Of a stretch of 64,000 bases of DNA, positions 12,082-25,075 are shown piece by piece. The stretch's first letter is position 1; each line of letters starts with the position of its first letter. The stretch lies in assembly GCA_035084275.1 (NCBI GenBank), contig CM068748.1:7812001-7876000 (forward strand), read 5' to 3'. Under the pieces are notes generated by a model. It searched no databases. It was not told the DNA's origin and was given only the letters and a program-made list of their open reading frames with translations. The translations under genes and the position numbers were made by a program. Origin of the DNA: Hydrolagus colliei. Taxonomy: Eukaryota.

Positions 12082-12390
12082 CTGTAGCTCAGTAGTTAGA
12101 GCACTCGCCTTACAAGCGTGAGACCTATGTTCGAATCCAGGCAGATCAGAGCGAAACCGTGGGCAAGTTTCCTTACTCCACACGCCTAATAATAATGCAT
12201 CCACAAAAATACAATAATAAAAATTGGTCAGTTCAATCCACGACTGTTTGTGGGACACTGCTGTGTGCAATTGGCTGCCATGTTTTGCCCACAAATACAT
12301 TCTTTTTTAGTATATTCTGTGAAGAGCTTTGAGACGTCGATAAGATGTGAAAAGCGCTAAATCAAATGCAAGGATTATTATTATTATTAT
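12082..12390 (+). mobile_element. Full-length tRNA-derived SINE
   Basis: ctgtagctcagtagttagagcactcgccttacaagcgtgagacctatgttcgaatcc head, (ATT)n tail. Confidence 0.88.
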
Positions 12391-12854
12391 ATACCAAAAA
12401 CCCAAATAAAAACACGGGGCAGGATGGATTGAATGCCCACTTCTGGTTCTACCTTGTGTTTGAATGTGAGATGATTTGCAGACAATGAACTAAAATTGTT
12501 CACTCTCATTCCACTCTCTGCAACCAGATTGTCACCATGATATCAATGACAACCACAGGAGGATTCATCCCAACTACCGCGTGAGGTCATTTCTCCTGCA
12601 TTGTGGAAATGATTTCCTCTACCCTAAGGGATTTATTAAATTGGAAGTTTTTAGGCTGAAGGAGGACTTGAAAACAAGAGGATTTATTTTAATTCTTACC
12701 CTTTTGGTTTTAAGTACCTTCTTACCTTCAAATTTAAGCTTCTAGTGGGCTGCAGGGGGTCTGCAAGTGTCTAATGTTACAAAGCCGTTTAAAGCCCATT
12801 TATTTGTGCCTTTTTGAGCCCAGTGTTGTTAACAGAGGATTCTTAACTGGAATT

Positions 12855-13030
12855 AATAATAATAATAATCCTTGCATTTGATTTAGCATTTTTCATTTCT
12901 TCTAGATGTCTCAATGTGCTTCTCGGAATATACTGTAAAGTGAATTGACGGTATATTTGTGGGCGAAACACGGCAGCCAATTGCGCACAGTAGGGTCCCA
13001 CAAACAAGCGTGGATTAAAGTGACCAATTT
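12855..13030 (-). mobile_element. 5'-truncated SINE copy
   Basis: aataataatccttgcatttg...cggcagccaattgcgcacag, antisense of the family consensus. Confidence 0.82.
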
Positions 13031-13496
13031 TGTTCATATTAAAATGAATGTTAAACCTGAAATAGTTCTGTGTTTTATAAAAGCTTAATAGGTCATTCCA
13101 TCAAGAATGTTTCAGGGCATGAAAAGATCAGCTGATCTATGTCCGAACTGATCATATTTCTTCTTTGGCACCATCATATCCTTCATTGATTGATGATGTG
13201 TAATCAGCCTCCTAACTGCCAGTAATATCCCCATCTGGGCTGCACGCAAACATACTGTTTCTATTTCTCAAGCATTAATTTCCACCTCTCAATTGATATT
13301 GAAAATTATAAGATACACCGGATTTGTATATGAACTAGTGAAGCTAAATAAAATATTTGCTGTACTACATGGTCAATATTTTAGTGCTTAAATCTTTGCC
13401 TTGAATAGTATACAGTCGACTTTCCTGCTTTTCTTTCCCCCTGCCTCGACCCCTCCCCTTTTGCTTCTTTACCCCCTTTTGCCCCTAGTCCCACTT

Positions 13497-13705
13497 CCGT
13501 GACTGATTGTGGGACACTGCTGTGCGCAATTTGGCTGCCACGTTTCGCCCACTAATATACAGTTACTTTTCCTACTATTCTTCATCCTGCCCTGATCCTT
13601 CCCACCCTGCTCTTGTCCTACCTAACTGTACAGCGCCTTGGGACGTCCTCTTGACGTGAAAGGCGCTATATAAATGTAAGTTTTGTTTGTTGTTTGTTTG
13701 TTTGT
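13497..13705 (+). mobile_element. SINE body fragment joined to an L2-type 3' tail with stem-loop and (GTT)n
   Basis: gtgggacactgctgtgcgcaat..., then cagcgccttgggacgtcctcttgacgtgaaaggcgctatataaatgtaagttttgtttgttg (AGCGCCT/AGGCGCT stem). Same tail near 2270, 8436, 8972, 22640, 28385, 31790, 37742, 43960, 46385 and 57165. Confidence 0.75.
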
Positions 13706-14124
13706 TCCATTTCCACTCTTCTAACCTCCAATATTCCTTGTACATACATATCACTCATCTACGAAAGAGGCTAAAAATAATATTTGGCCCCCACATTGCA
13801 CTGAACTATTTATTAATGAGCTCCCAGCTATATATATAGAAATGTTGTGACATCTTAGCAATTGGAACAACCTGTTACTCCTTTGATTTATTTTATTTCG
13901 CAAGTACAATGCAAGTCGTATCTGACCATATCATCATAGATTCTGTACAATTAGACCAGATTAAAAGAATGAGCTGATACGAGTTAATGTGTTGCATATA
14001 TGTTCAATCAAAAGTAATAAAACTCAAAAGGCAATTTTGAGTTTATATTTTGAAAGAGCAAAGTTATACTTTTAAGTATTAAAGAGACCATGTTTTTTCC
14101 AACTATATCACTTTTCCAAAAAGT

Positions 14125-14312
14125 AACATGGTCACTCAATCCATGACAGTTTGTGGGACGTTGCTGTGCGCAACTGGATGTTGTGGTTTTGTCCATAAAA
14201 TATACAAGTCAATCCACTTTACCATACGTTCAGTGAAGTACTTTGAAATGCCTGAATGACGTGATAAGGCGCTAAATCAAATGCAAGGACTAGTATTATT
14301 ATTATTATTATT
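14125..14312 (+). mobile_element. 5'-truncated SINE copy about 80 nt upstream of exon 4
   Basis: Family body plus aaatgcaagg...(ATT)n tail. Confidence 0.8.
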
Positions 14313-14394
14313 TTCACCAGCTCAACATTTTCAATAGCTTTCTTCCTCTTCAATGTCTATGAAATGTCGCTAATTTTTTTCAAAATCTAAACAG

Positions 14395-14553
14395 GAGCAA
14401 GCGTGTTGTATGACATTCATGTCACCCACATCAACCTCAAAGAAGGGAAATTGGAAGTTTGCAGCAAATTGGGCCCTTCAGAAATGTTTGATGCAGTTGT
14501 CCTCACCATGCCTGTTCCACAAATTCTTCAGCTTCAAGGACATATTGAAAATT
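14395..14553 (+). CDS. RNLS: Renalase coding exon 4
   Basis: Acceptor ctaaacag|, donor T|gtaagt. Encodes ASVLYDIHVTHINLKEGKLEVCSKLGPSEMFDAVVLTMPVPQILQLQGHIEN (human [20 protein letters not shown]). 159 nt. Confidence 0.97.
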
Positions 14554-16169
14554 GTAAGTGCCTTCTTAATGTTGGTTTTCAATGATTGGATTGGAACTAA
14601 AATTTCTAACATTGCACTTATTGGGGGTTCCTAATGATATAATAGTCCTTGCATTTGACATAGCACTTTTTCACATCTTCGAGATGTCTCATTACTTGTT
14701 TCTCTGAATTTCCTCTTTCTCCATTATGTTCCATTGAATTTAACAAAAAATTACCTGATGGTCAGTGTGAACTAAACTGGTGAACTTGATAGGGAAGCGA
14801 ATTCCGAAACATTTCCTGATGAGCTACAAAGATAATCTGTGTGGGAGTGAGACTCGCGTAGCGTTGGGCCAGTTGGGTGAATAGCCTATTTCTGTCCTAT
14901 GTTGCTATGCAAATGCTGATAGCTCTAATCTCTTAATGGAACAAAGCTACATGTCCAAATTAGTATTAACATGTTTTAATTCTTTTTCACACCTTTCATT
15001 GCAAAGTGCAAACTTTTATATCAGAAAAATTGTCTGAGTGGCTAGTAGGTGCTCATAACAATTAATGTACAATTACAAGTATATTAAAAGGGTTCTAACG
15101 CTAAACAATTTGATCCCATCACAGAGCAAGACTGTTCACTGGCAACAAAGCAATAAACGTAAGCAATTAAGGGTGAAAGAAGGAAACAATTAACAAGTTG
15201 TTGCCCAGACCACTGTAACAAGGATGCATGTTGCATATAAATTCACTTTTATTGCAAACAAAAATACAAAATAGTTATGATGCCATATTTCCATTAACAA
15301 TGGACCCAAAGTTACTAAAGTATTTGTGCATTTCTAGATAGATATAGTACAACTTTCAAATTGTTTTAAAAGGATTGTGGAGTAGTCAATCGGGCACTTG
15401 CTGTAACGTGGCATTTGAGAACCAGCCAAATACTATATATGGAATACAACAGCAACAGCATTGTAACCCAAATAATCCAAGGTTTGTCCAGATGACGTTT
15501 GCTGTATGGGGTGTTCAACTAGTGACTTCTACATACCAGAGATAATGCTGGTAACAGAAGATGGTGAAAACAATCAAACTGCAAGGAATAACTTCAGGGC
15601 TGGGGTTACCATTTTGAGTTGTGGTGTGTTTTTTAATTATGAGTCCCTGTAATTAATTATTTCACTACCAGTAGTTTTGAAATTTCAGTAAGGCCTTTCC
15701 CATTTATATTTATGCTATATTTTTATGTTTAAATATTTACAATCCCAGTGGATTTTTGAGCTAGAAATGTAAATTAGCTGCATAATAAATTATTTAGTAT
15801 TAATATTTTTGGGTGTTGTACTCTTCCTCATCTTCTTCGATAGGTGTAAGACTCCTGCTAAATAGAAGTATAAGAAGAGTGAACAGAGATGAAGCTTGTG
15901 AACACCAACACTATCAGTCAAATAAGTAGAGTCAGAAAGGTGTTGCAAAGCAAAGTTTGCTGTGCTTCTTTGGGGAGAAATTCCACCTGGGACTAGATTT
16001 ACTTTATTTTCATATCATTTCAGAATATCTAGTCTTCGACAGATTGTTCATTTCAGTGTTAATTTTGAAGACAGCTTTCTTAAAAAGACATGTAGAAAGC
16101 CTTCTTAAAAATTAAGTCTATACTCAAGTGCCAAATTCTACTGAAACATTATATAAACAGATTATGTCA

Positions 16170-16535
16170 GCCTGTCTCAGTTGGCAGCAGTCAAAAGGCT
16201 GTGGGTTCAAACTCCATGTCAAGACTTAGAACTCATATACTGTCTTCTAACTTGATACTCTACTACAGTGCAGGGGATGTGCAATTGTTCTTTGCATTAG
16301 ATGTTAACCCGAGGTCCGGCCTGTTTGTTCAGTAAGTTAAAAATCCCAAGTCAAGGTTCAAAAAGTGAAGGGAGTTTCTTCTTGCATCATGGCCAACAAG
16401 CCCCCAAATAAACGTGGTCATTAACTGCTGGATTTGTTTATAAACACAAAACCATTGCATTTTACAGGAAATCCTGTGATGTGCTTCTTAATGAGTGATA
16501 AGGGACTACTGCATATCAAATGCAAGGATTATTAT
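16170..16535 (+). mobile_element. Old near-full-length Deu-domain SINE (SacSINE1-like)
   Basis: tctcagttgg A box, gtgggttcaaactcc B box, gatgttaacccgaggtcc Deu-like block, tail atcaaatgcaaggattattat. Confidence 0.6.
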
Positions 16536-19500
16536 AAATCTACACACAGATGGAATTTCTCTCTGCTTATATTAAGGCGCAGATAGTGAAGCGGAGAATT
16601 TAAGCGTTGTAGTCTTAATGTAGTGTTTTGGTGAACATTATATTAGAATGAATGAATAAGTTATTTTCTGGAGTTCCAAACTCAAGGACATCATTTTCAA
16701 AGTTGAAGGACTTGTGGCTTTTCCTAATTTTGCTTCTTATTGCTAATTATCCAAAATGCACTGAAAGGTATTCCTGGAGGTGTTCACTGGTGCATAATGT
16801 GTAGTTACTTCACTGTAAATGGGACACAAGAAAGTTGGTGTCTTTTTGACCTAGGAAACGCATATTCATTGCAGGAAGTGAATAGTAGCAACTAGGGGGA
16901 AGTATTTTCTGTAAGTGCATGAATGTCGTTAACTGAGAACAGCAGGTGGCAGTATGAAAAAGATTTTGGTTGCAGGCAACTTGAAGTGGGTGGAGAATGA
17001 ACTGATCTGGAAACAATTTGCTCTATTCAGAGTCGCAAAAGTTATGCAATTTTCAAAATTTATTCAATGCAGTTCATAACCATGTAATAGATTCTGAATG
17101 ATCTTGTGCCATTGATATCTATATGTACTGAGTCAGTTGCATTTATCTGTTTAGCACAACACTTAATACTTCCTTTATAATTCCTTTGTCTTTTTTATAA
17201 AGCAGTTCAAACATTCTTTTTAAAATCCATTTGGGTCTAATTTGCTTCCATCTTATTATTCTTCTTATAATGTTGTTGCTGTTTTTTCACAAATCTTCAC
17301 CAAAGTTTGTCTCTGAATTAGTATTTTGATACTGGAGCAATGCAGCTGAAATCAGTCCTAAATCACTCAACATTGCATCTTAAGTAGGGCTGCAACCAGT
17401 GTCAATACTGCAAAGTTTTATTCATTTGATGCTTAAAACTTTATCTCTTTGAAACTCCCATTCTGGCGTGCTGCCACTTCCCTGTTGTTGATCCTGCCTC
17501 CCCTTGGCTAAGTTTCTCTTCCAATGCAATTTTTCATTCGCAGTTGGTCGTAATTTTTGCCTAAAATAGTGGCCCAAGCTTTTCACTTTTTGCATTAGAT
17601 CAAGGTTTAAACCTAAAATTATGATCTTCATGGCAGCCTTAAACTTAATGTATCTCTATTAAAAACATACTGATGCCTGGTACAGTGTAAACCTTTAAGT
17701 TTAAATGACCTTACTTTGCTGAGCTAAATTTGGGTTACAGTGCATTCTTCTCTTTTCCACAGTTAATAACCTTTTAGGCCTGTGTAGCATTCTATATAGT
17801 AGCTGAAGTTTACATGAACCAGATGAAGCTTAGTAAGATTCTCTCCAGGAAATAAAATAAGGGGAAGAGATTTAATAAAGACACTAAATAGCCCAGGAGA
17901 AATGTGAAATGTTTGCTCTCTTGTATAAAAGAGCGTTTGACAATATCACTTGAAATAATTGCCCCTCCATGTCTTTGAAAAAGCAAATCAAGATTTATTT
18001 AAATATACACATTAACTGTATCTTTGACCTCTAACATTCTTATTGTAAGTATTTTCCAAATAATTTTGTTTCATTTTCCTCCTGAAAGTAACACTTTAAT
18101 TTACCTCTTCCCTCAGAATAAGGGATGAGACTGCCATCTCCCCCACTCCCACTCACACAAACACACATTTGCCTAAATAGCAATTAAACTATCTTTTCTT
18201 GCTCACACATATTAAACTTCCTGCATAACTTTTAAGAAGACAGAATGTATTAGTAAAATGAAAGCTTTTCAGGAAGTAACCTAGGTCAGTACAGGGTGAT
18301 TTAACTGGACAATAATGCTTGTCTTGGCTGCTTGCCTTTCATTTCGAGAAGGGGAGTGCTCTGTGTTACACGTATTCTAAATTAGGATTGTTAAACCCAT
18401 AAGATTATGTGCAAAACATACCACTCCTTAACAGGAGCTGTATTTTGGGGGAATAGAGTTAGGTAGGAAAGTCACAGTCAAGCCATAAATCTGAGCCATG
18501 TTCTGCATCTGATTATTTTTCATTCCACATAAAAATTAAAATGATATTGAAATCAAATGGCTATTCACAACACGTTTTGGCCAGTTTAGGATAGACGTAA
18601 TTAGAGCAGTAATCTTCATTACTTGAGAATCACACTACCCAGTGACAAGTCAGTCATTCAGTAAAGTGGTTGAAACCGAATATGACCGCAGTTTTCAGCG
18701 CTATTGTAAATTTATACAAAAATAGAAATATGTACAATTTATACAAATTTAGGGATTCACAGATTGAAAAATGAAATATCCATTGCCCAAATATTTTAGG
18801 AAAGCTCATGCAGATTTTGATTATATCCTGCAATACTTGTTGGAAATATTTTCAAGAGCTTCAGCCGTCTTTCTACCAAGTCCCAGTTTAGGATTTAAAA
18901 GAAATGCATTATATAGTTTAGAGTGTATATTTTCCATTCATTTTTATTCAGAGGAGAGTTTTCAAATCTGCCTTTAATTGATAACTTTTTAAAATTTTGC
19001 CTGGCAATGACCTTCATTCTATATTAAATCCTTCATAGCTCACTTGTTCAAAGGATTGTGCCTCGTGCCTCAAACCTCCTTAGCAACTGTTTTACATGTG
19101 TTTGCACTCCTGGGATTGGGTCCTGCCGAATGATGGGCCATGTCAGTCATAAACCAGTCTCTACATGTTACCTCTCCCCCAGCATCAGTCTTTTATGAAC
19201 GATAAAATTAGTTTCTAATCCAACATCCTCTAACTGAGGAAATGCGCTCAGCAGCGTTTGCATCATGGGGCCAAAATAAAATATGCTTCCATCTCTCAAT
19301 CTTTTAAAGTATCCAGCATAAATGATTCTTTCCTGCACACTCCATTTGTTCATTGTGATTCGTGTTTAATGAAAGATTAAAACATTTAACACCTCTATGC
19401 TGCTTGAAATACGATTCAATAAAGGTTAACAAATTTGATGTAATTCCTGCACGTGTCCTTAAGTGACAGTCCATAGTATAAGTTGGAAACAAAAAACGTC

Positions 19501-19880
19501 AGTACTTATTATATAATATTTATTGGAAACTACCATTGGAACCTCTCCAATTTAGTGGTTCCTTCAGGTTCAAACAGACATTAAAATCATTACATTATTA
19601 TACTAGAATTTACAGTTGTTTAACGCAGATTGCTGCAGATTGGTAGGCTTTGATACTGCATTTCTGCCTGTGTGTTCCTTTTTGTTCTGTTCCTCTGAGG
19701 AAAGTCTCGTACTTCCTTTGAAAAGATGTGTGGAGATCAGAATGTACATGTTCTTCAGTAATCGGCGGGAATTCTTTCTACTTCCTCACTTGCTGTAGGA
19801 AGATGCAGCTCTTCCCAGCAGATCAACTTCAAGAACCTTACCTAAAAATCCCTTTGCACTCTACTACATCCTTATCTCCT

Positions 19881-20187
19881 GTGGAGTCCCACAGCTCAGC
19901 GTTTAGCGCACTCGCCTCACAAGCGAGAGCCCTGGATTTGTTTCCCACCGAGGCAAACCTTGGGTAAGTTTCCTTACCCCAAATGGCTGATAATAATCCC
20001 TCAAAAAAAATTGGTTACTTCAATCCATGACTTCTTTGTGGGACACTGCTGTGCGCAATTGGCGGCCGCGTTTTGCGCACAAATATACCGTCAATACACT
20101 TTACAGTGTATTCTATGAAGCATTTTGAGATGTCTAAAAGACATGAAAAGCCCTAAATTAAATGCAAGGATCATTTATTATTATTAT
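19881..20187 (+). mobile_element. Full-length tRNA-derived SINE
   Basis: gtggagtcccacagctcagcgtttagcgcactcgcctcacaagcgagag head, family body and tail. Confidence 0.85.
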
Positions 20188-20971
20188 CTTCTGCTACCCC
20201 ATTCCTCTGATTGTCCCCACCATTCAGCTAACTCGAGTTTGCTGCAGGTCCTATGCGCTCTGTGCACCATCATCAGATTCTAACCCCCTCCCCACAACTC
20301 CCCCATCTCACTTCCTCTCTTTTCTGTTTTTAAGTTGCACCTTAAAATCTCTGCTTTCAACTTTGTCTATGGTCACCTGCCCGCTTCTCCCTACTCAGCA
20401 ACCGACTCCTCCTTTGTAAACCTTTCCAAGGTTATCCTATGTGAAGGGAGCTATGTCAACTCAACCTGGTGTTGGTTTTTGAGGCCTAATCGCAAATTCT
20501 ATTTTAGAACAGAAAAGGGCTGTGTGCTTCATATTGAGTCCTATTCTCTAATTGGAGGCCCTTACTGCTGTGCACTTTTGGTCATGGGTGTTGGCTGCTG
20601 TTATCAGTCTGTTCATCTCTGTGGTAATGGGGTTTATAGTATGTATTATCAAAGTAGAATCTGGTTACCATGTTGGGCTGCCATCAGGGAGGGGTCAGAA
20701 GTTCAAATCCTTGTTTGAAATGACATTTGAACTTCCCTATTGGCCTCCATGAGAAAGTACCAAACATTCATGGTAAGGTTATTGAGTGACACAGTAATGA
20801 ATGGGGTTCACTTTGAAGCTACTTTACAACCAAAGTTGCACTATAAAGACGCGCATTATAATGGAGCCGCACTGTATTTGGAAAGAGAAGAGAGTTTCTC
20901 CTGGCAAATAATCCTCCATATAAATTGATCATTTATGTATTAGCTGTTGATGGGATCTTGTGTAATTTTTA

Positions 20972-21285
20972 TAATAATAATCCTTGCATTTCATATGGGA
21001 TCTTATCACGCCTTTGAAACATCTCAAAGCACTTCATAGAATATACTGTAAAGTGAGTTGATTGTATATTTTGTGGGCAAAACGCAGCAGCCAATTGCGC
21101 ACAGCAGTGTCCTACAAACAGTTGTGGATTGAAGTGACCAATTTTTTTAAAAAGGAATTATTACCCTGGAAAAGTGATCTGCCAATCAACTAACAACTGA
21201 GTACCTACGTACTGCTAGGTAAACTGAGGCATGTGGAATAAAGAAACTTGCCCAATATTTTGCTCTGCCGGAAATCAAACCTTTT
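20972..21285 (-). mobile_element. SINE, long variant with CORE-like central segment
   Basis: Antisense tail and body plus a segment reading ttgggcaagtttctttattccacatgcctcagtttacctagcagta on the minus strand. Confidence 0.75.
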
Positions 21286-23590
21286 GCTCAGTTACTACAC
21301 TTAACAGGAAATGCCTGTGATGCACTTTGTGGCACAGACATGATAAGATTAACAGTGGCCTGTGCTGATACTTTCTTGTTGCGACACTAAAGGCGCTATA
21401 TTATTGCAGGGATTGTTATTATATTACAAGAAGAATGCTTGTTCTCTCATGGGGTGGAGGGAGAAGTGAAGTGGAAATTGTTTCCACCCAGAAATAGAGC
21501 AGGATGTACAAAACAAACGACTGTAAAACACTTACAGTACTTGCTGGTGAGCAACATGTTTGACAGAAGAGTACCACAAAACAGGTGTCTAATAATCCTG
21601 TTGAGTAAGTTAATCTACAATGAAAAATACTGGAAGTGTGCTAGACAAGAAGTGGATATCTCGGAGGTTTCAAATAATCTTTGAAACCAAGGGAACACAA
21701 CTGGAGTATTTTACCATGATCAAATGAAGAGTATTCTCGTACAGTCTTTAAACCATCTCATGCATCTATTGTTTTGTTTCATCTGCACAAAACGTTATTG
21801 GTGCTGGTTAATGCAAACGGCTGGCCTAGTGCTCTTTTGTGTGGGTGGAGTTGAGCCTTGTGGCTCTGAGGTTTGGAGTCTATTCAGATTTGTAGAGCAG
21901 GTTTTGCAGCAATGCAATGAGACATTCCAGCAACAGTTTACAAACCATTTTGTGAGGACAAAAAATCACTGGGCTCAATTATACAAATTGCGTAAACCAG
22001 ATGTACAAAGATTTAGAGGTTCTCTTAGTTATGTCAGTAACAAGAACATCCCCAGAGGTTATTGTATAATCCTTTTTATTACTTGTTAATAATACAATTA
22101 AGAATAATTTTCCCTCCTGGGCCCGTAGCTTAGTTTACACAACTCCCAGAATAAATCCCACTTGAAAGAACCATGTTTTTATTGTGGTACAGTGTCATTG
22201 CCTCGAAACCCATTCACTTTCTTGTGTTGTGGCTGGACTGTAATGCCACATGTAGCTGTGTGATGTGAAGTCATGTAGATGCCATCTTGTTGACAATGTG
22301 ACTCGACGAGTTACAACCCCATCTGGTAACAATTAACAAGAGTTCCTGCTGGATCACTTTTTTCTTTACAGATGACATAATGTCTGTGTCATTTAATGAA
22401 AGGTATTTAGTCAAAACTGATAACTCGTAAATATGAAATGTAATAGGAAGGATGGATACAACGCCCTAAATGGTATCTGTATTAAAATATTCCATCTTTT
22501 GCGTTGTTTCCATTTTTTACCACATATGCGACTATGTGATAGAAAGCTACAGTAAGATGAATTCTTATCACAGGTCAATATTTCAATCCCTTCTACATAT
22601 AAAAAATTATTTTATGGCCTATTGTTTCTAGAATACTGTCTGTTCAGTGCCTTGGGATGTCCTCCTGACGTGAAAGACGTTATACAAGTGTAATTTTGTT
22701 GTTTACTATTATTTGTTTCCAGATCTTAAATTATTTCGAATCATAGAGAACTATATAAAAGACTTACAGAATCGACCAAAAGTATGTGTTTCTAATGAAA
22801 TGTACAGGCTTATGTCATGTGCTTATAAAAAAGGAAACGATGAATGGATTTTGTCAAACACACAGATATGTTACAATGTCATCAATCAGAGACTAATCCT
22901 ACCAGTTTGTGCAAATGATGAGGAAATATGGGATTTATCGGAGAGTGGTTTAGTTGTGAGATGTAGGGGGATGCAGTGAAGAGCATTGAGTTCTGTGGGG
23001 GAATTTCTTGTTTCACCAGGGGACATTGAATGGCAGGTTCATGGGTCTTGATGACCAAATCATTTTCAGGAACTATTTTAATCTGGATTAAAACAAGATT
23101 ATTTAACCCGGATTCAATTATGTTACCTTAAGACAAATTTCCCAAACTGGAGATCAAGTCAGAGATGAACTGACCGTTTCTCTGTTAGACTGTGGAGGAG
23201 AAGGGGGAGCAGGGAAGGTTACCTATCCCTAAGAGAATCCCAGGCAGTACACACTAATTCAAAATCAATTTAGTACTTTTGCCTCAACTCCTCCGATTCT
23301 TGAGATAAATCTTGGTCTGACCTTATCCTTCTGTAATTTAATGCTTCCTTTAACAAGGACCTTCAACAACAAGAAGTCTGTAATCTTAGCGCCTCTGGTG
23401 CTGTGAAATTGGCCCCATTAACTCCATTGGGCTGATTGATCATCCATCAAGAAACCAGGCAGATAATGAATGCTGATTTCAGGTGTCCGAAGATGCGCAT
23501 GATGAAGAAATTGCTTCCTTCTGAATTTAATTGGTATTTAACTAATTAGTCTAGAAGATGTGAAAAGCGCTATATCAAATGTATTATTAT

Positions 23591-23943
23591 AGACCTAATA
23601 GAGATTTATAAAATCATGAGGGGATTCGACAGGGTGAATAAGGAAAAACTGTTTCCACTGGTGGGCAAATCTGTGACTCATGGTCACAGATTTAAAATAG
23701 CAGAGGGGAGCTGAGAATTTTTTTAATTCAGCAGGTTGTTCGAATCAAATGCATTGCCTGAAAAGGTGGTGGAGGCCGATTCTATAACAGCTTTTAAAGA
23801 GAATTAGATTTTTATTCAGGGGAACAGGTCTGTTAGGTTATGGGGAGAGAGCTGGGCAGTGGGATTGAGTTGCTCTTTTCAAAGAGCCAGCACAGACTAG
23901 ATGGGCTGAATGGCCTCGTTTTGTGCCATAAAAATCTATGATT
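23591..23943 (+). mobile_element. CR1 LINE 3' fragment
   Basis: gacctaatagagatttataaaatcatgagggga (DLIEIYKIMRG) through to aatctatga. Sense copy of the 354-685 family. Confidence 0.88.
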
Positions 23944-24780
23944 TATCAACTTCCTTGAGGAAAATGTGTTGTTTTAAAATGTAAGACTCCTTTCTTCCCC
24001 CAAGAATCGAGATCAGCAAATCATTAGGTGACTTGGTCCACGAGGTTTCAAACTAGGGGACAAAGGTTTAAAATTTACAGTAATAAGAAATATGATAATC
24101 CTTGCAATTGATATCACGCATTATCAGGTTATCGAGACATCTCAAAATGCTTCGCAGAATATATTGTAAAGTAGATTGATTGTGTATTTTGTGGGTGAAA
24201 TGAGAACAGAGATGAGGACAATTTTTATCCTACACAGCAGTGGTTCAGTGTTGACACTGATTATTTCAACATAATCAGTTGATGTTGCATTGATTAACAA
24301 ATTGTTTGGGTGGAAAAAAGAACTGCAATAACCATCGGAAGGGAAGAATACTGGATGTTTTTGGGATACGCACACAGAGACTTTGGAGGATTGTGTATGG
24401 AGGCAAATAGGCTGATGTTCAATAAAGGAGATGGTTTGATATTCTGAAGTTTTCGCTCGATTGCCTCAGTGTGCATACAGAAACTTTCTATCAGTAGATA
24501 GAGTAATTGGAATGATGTCCATGACAGGATTTTACTTCTTTTATGTGATCTAAGGAAAAAGAAGCTTGATGAATCCAATTACCTAGTCTCCTCTAATGCT
24601 TTATTTTTGTAATTTATCTAAGCTCTCTACTATCAATGATTTGGGCAGCAGTATTTTGTGTCTCTCTCACCTAATATTCATTAACTCTTGTTCAAATGAC
24701 AGGCAGTCTTAGAATTCAACCTCACAAGCATACTGTGGGAATAGATCTCAGCCACAGACATTCCCCAGTTTGCTAATGTA

Positions 24781-25075
24781 CAGTAGAAGCCCATTTATCT
24801 GGCACCCTCGGGACCTGGCCAGTGCCGGTTAAAGTGCCTGCTGGATATTCGGCAGAAAACCCAACACAAAAAAATTATATACTGGCAGCATTCTGAGCTA
24901 GCGCCACCATAAGCACCTAGTATCAACATTCCAAAATACTGACGCAACACAAAACACCCAAAAAATGCATTTTTCTGGAAAAATTCCGGTTTATCGAATG
25001 CAGACCTTTCTTTTTGTGGTGCCGGTTATACAGAAGTTACGGTTGATCGGGTCACGGATAAACGGGCTTCTACTG
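24781..25075. mobile_element. Tc1/mariner-superfamily (Tigger/pogo-like) MITE, short copy
   Basis: TIRs CAGTAGAAGCCCATTTATC / GATAAACGGGCTTCTACTG, TA on both sides (24779-80, 25076-77). Second copy at 59693-60458. Confidence 0.9.

Noticed and set aside
14800-14835. GAAA...CTGATGAGCT resembling a hammerhead core near exon 4
   Set aside because: Only 6 nt lie between the two boxes and no helices I-III can be formed.
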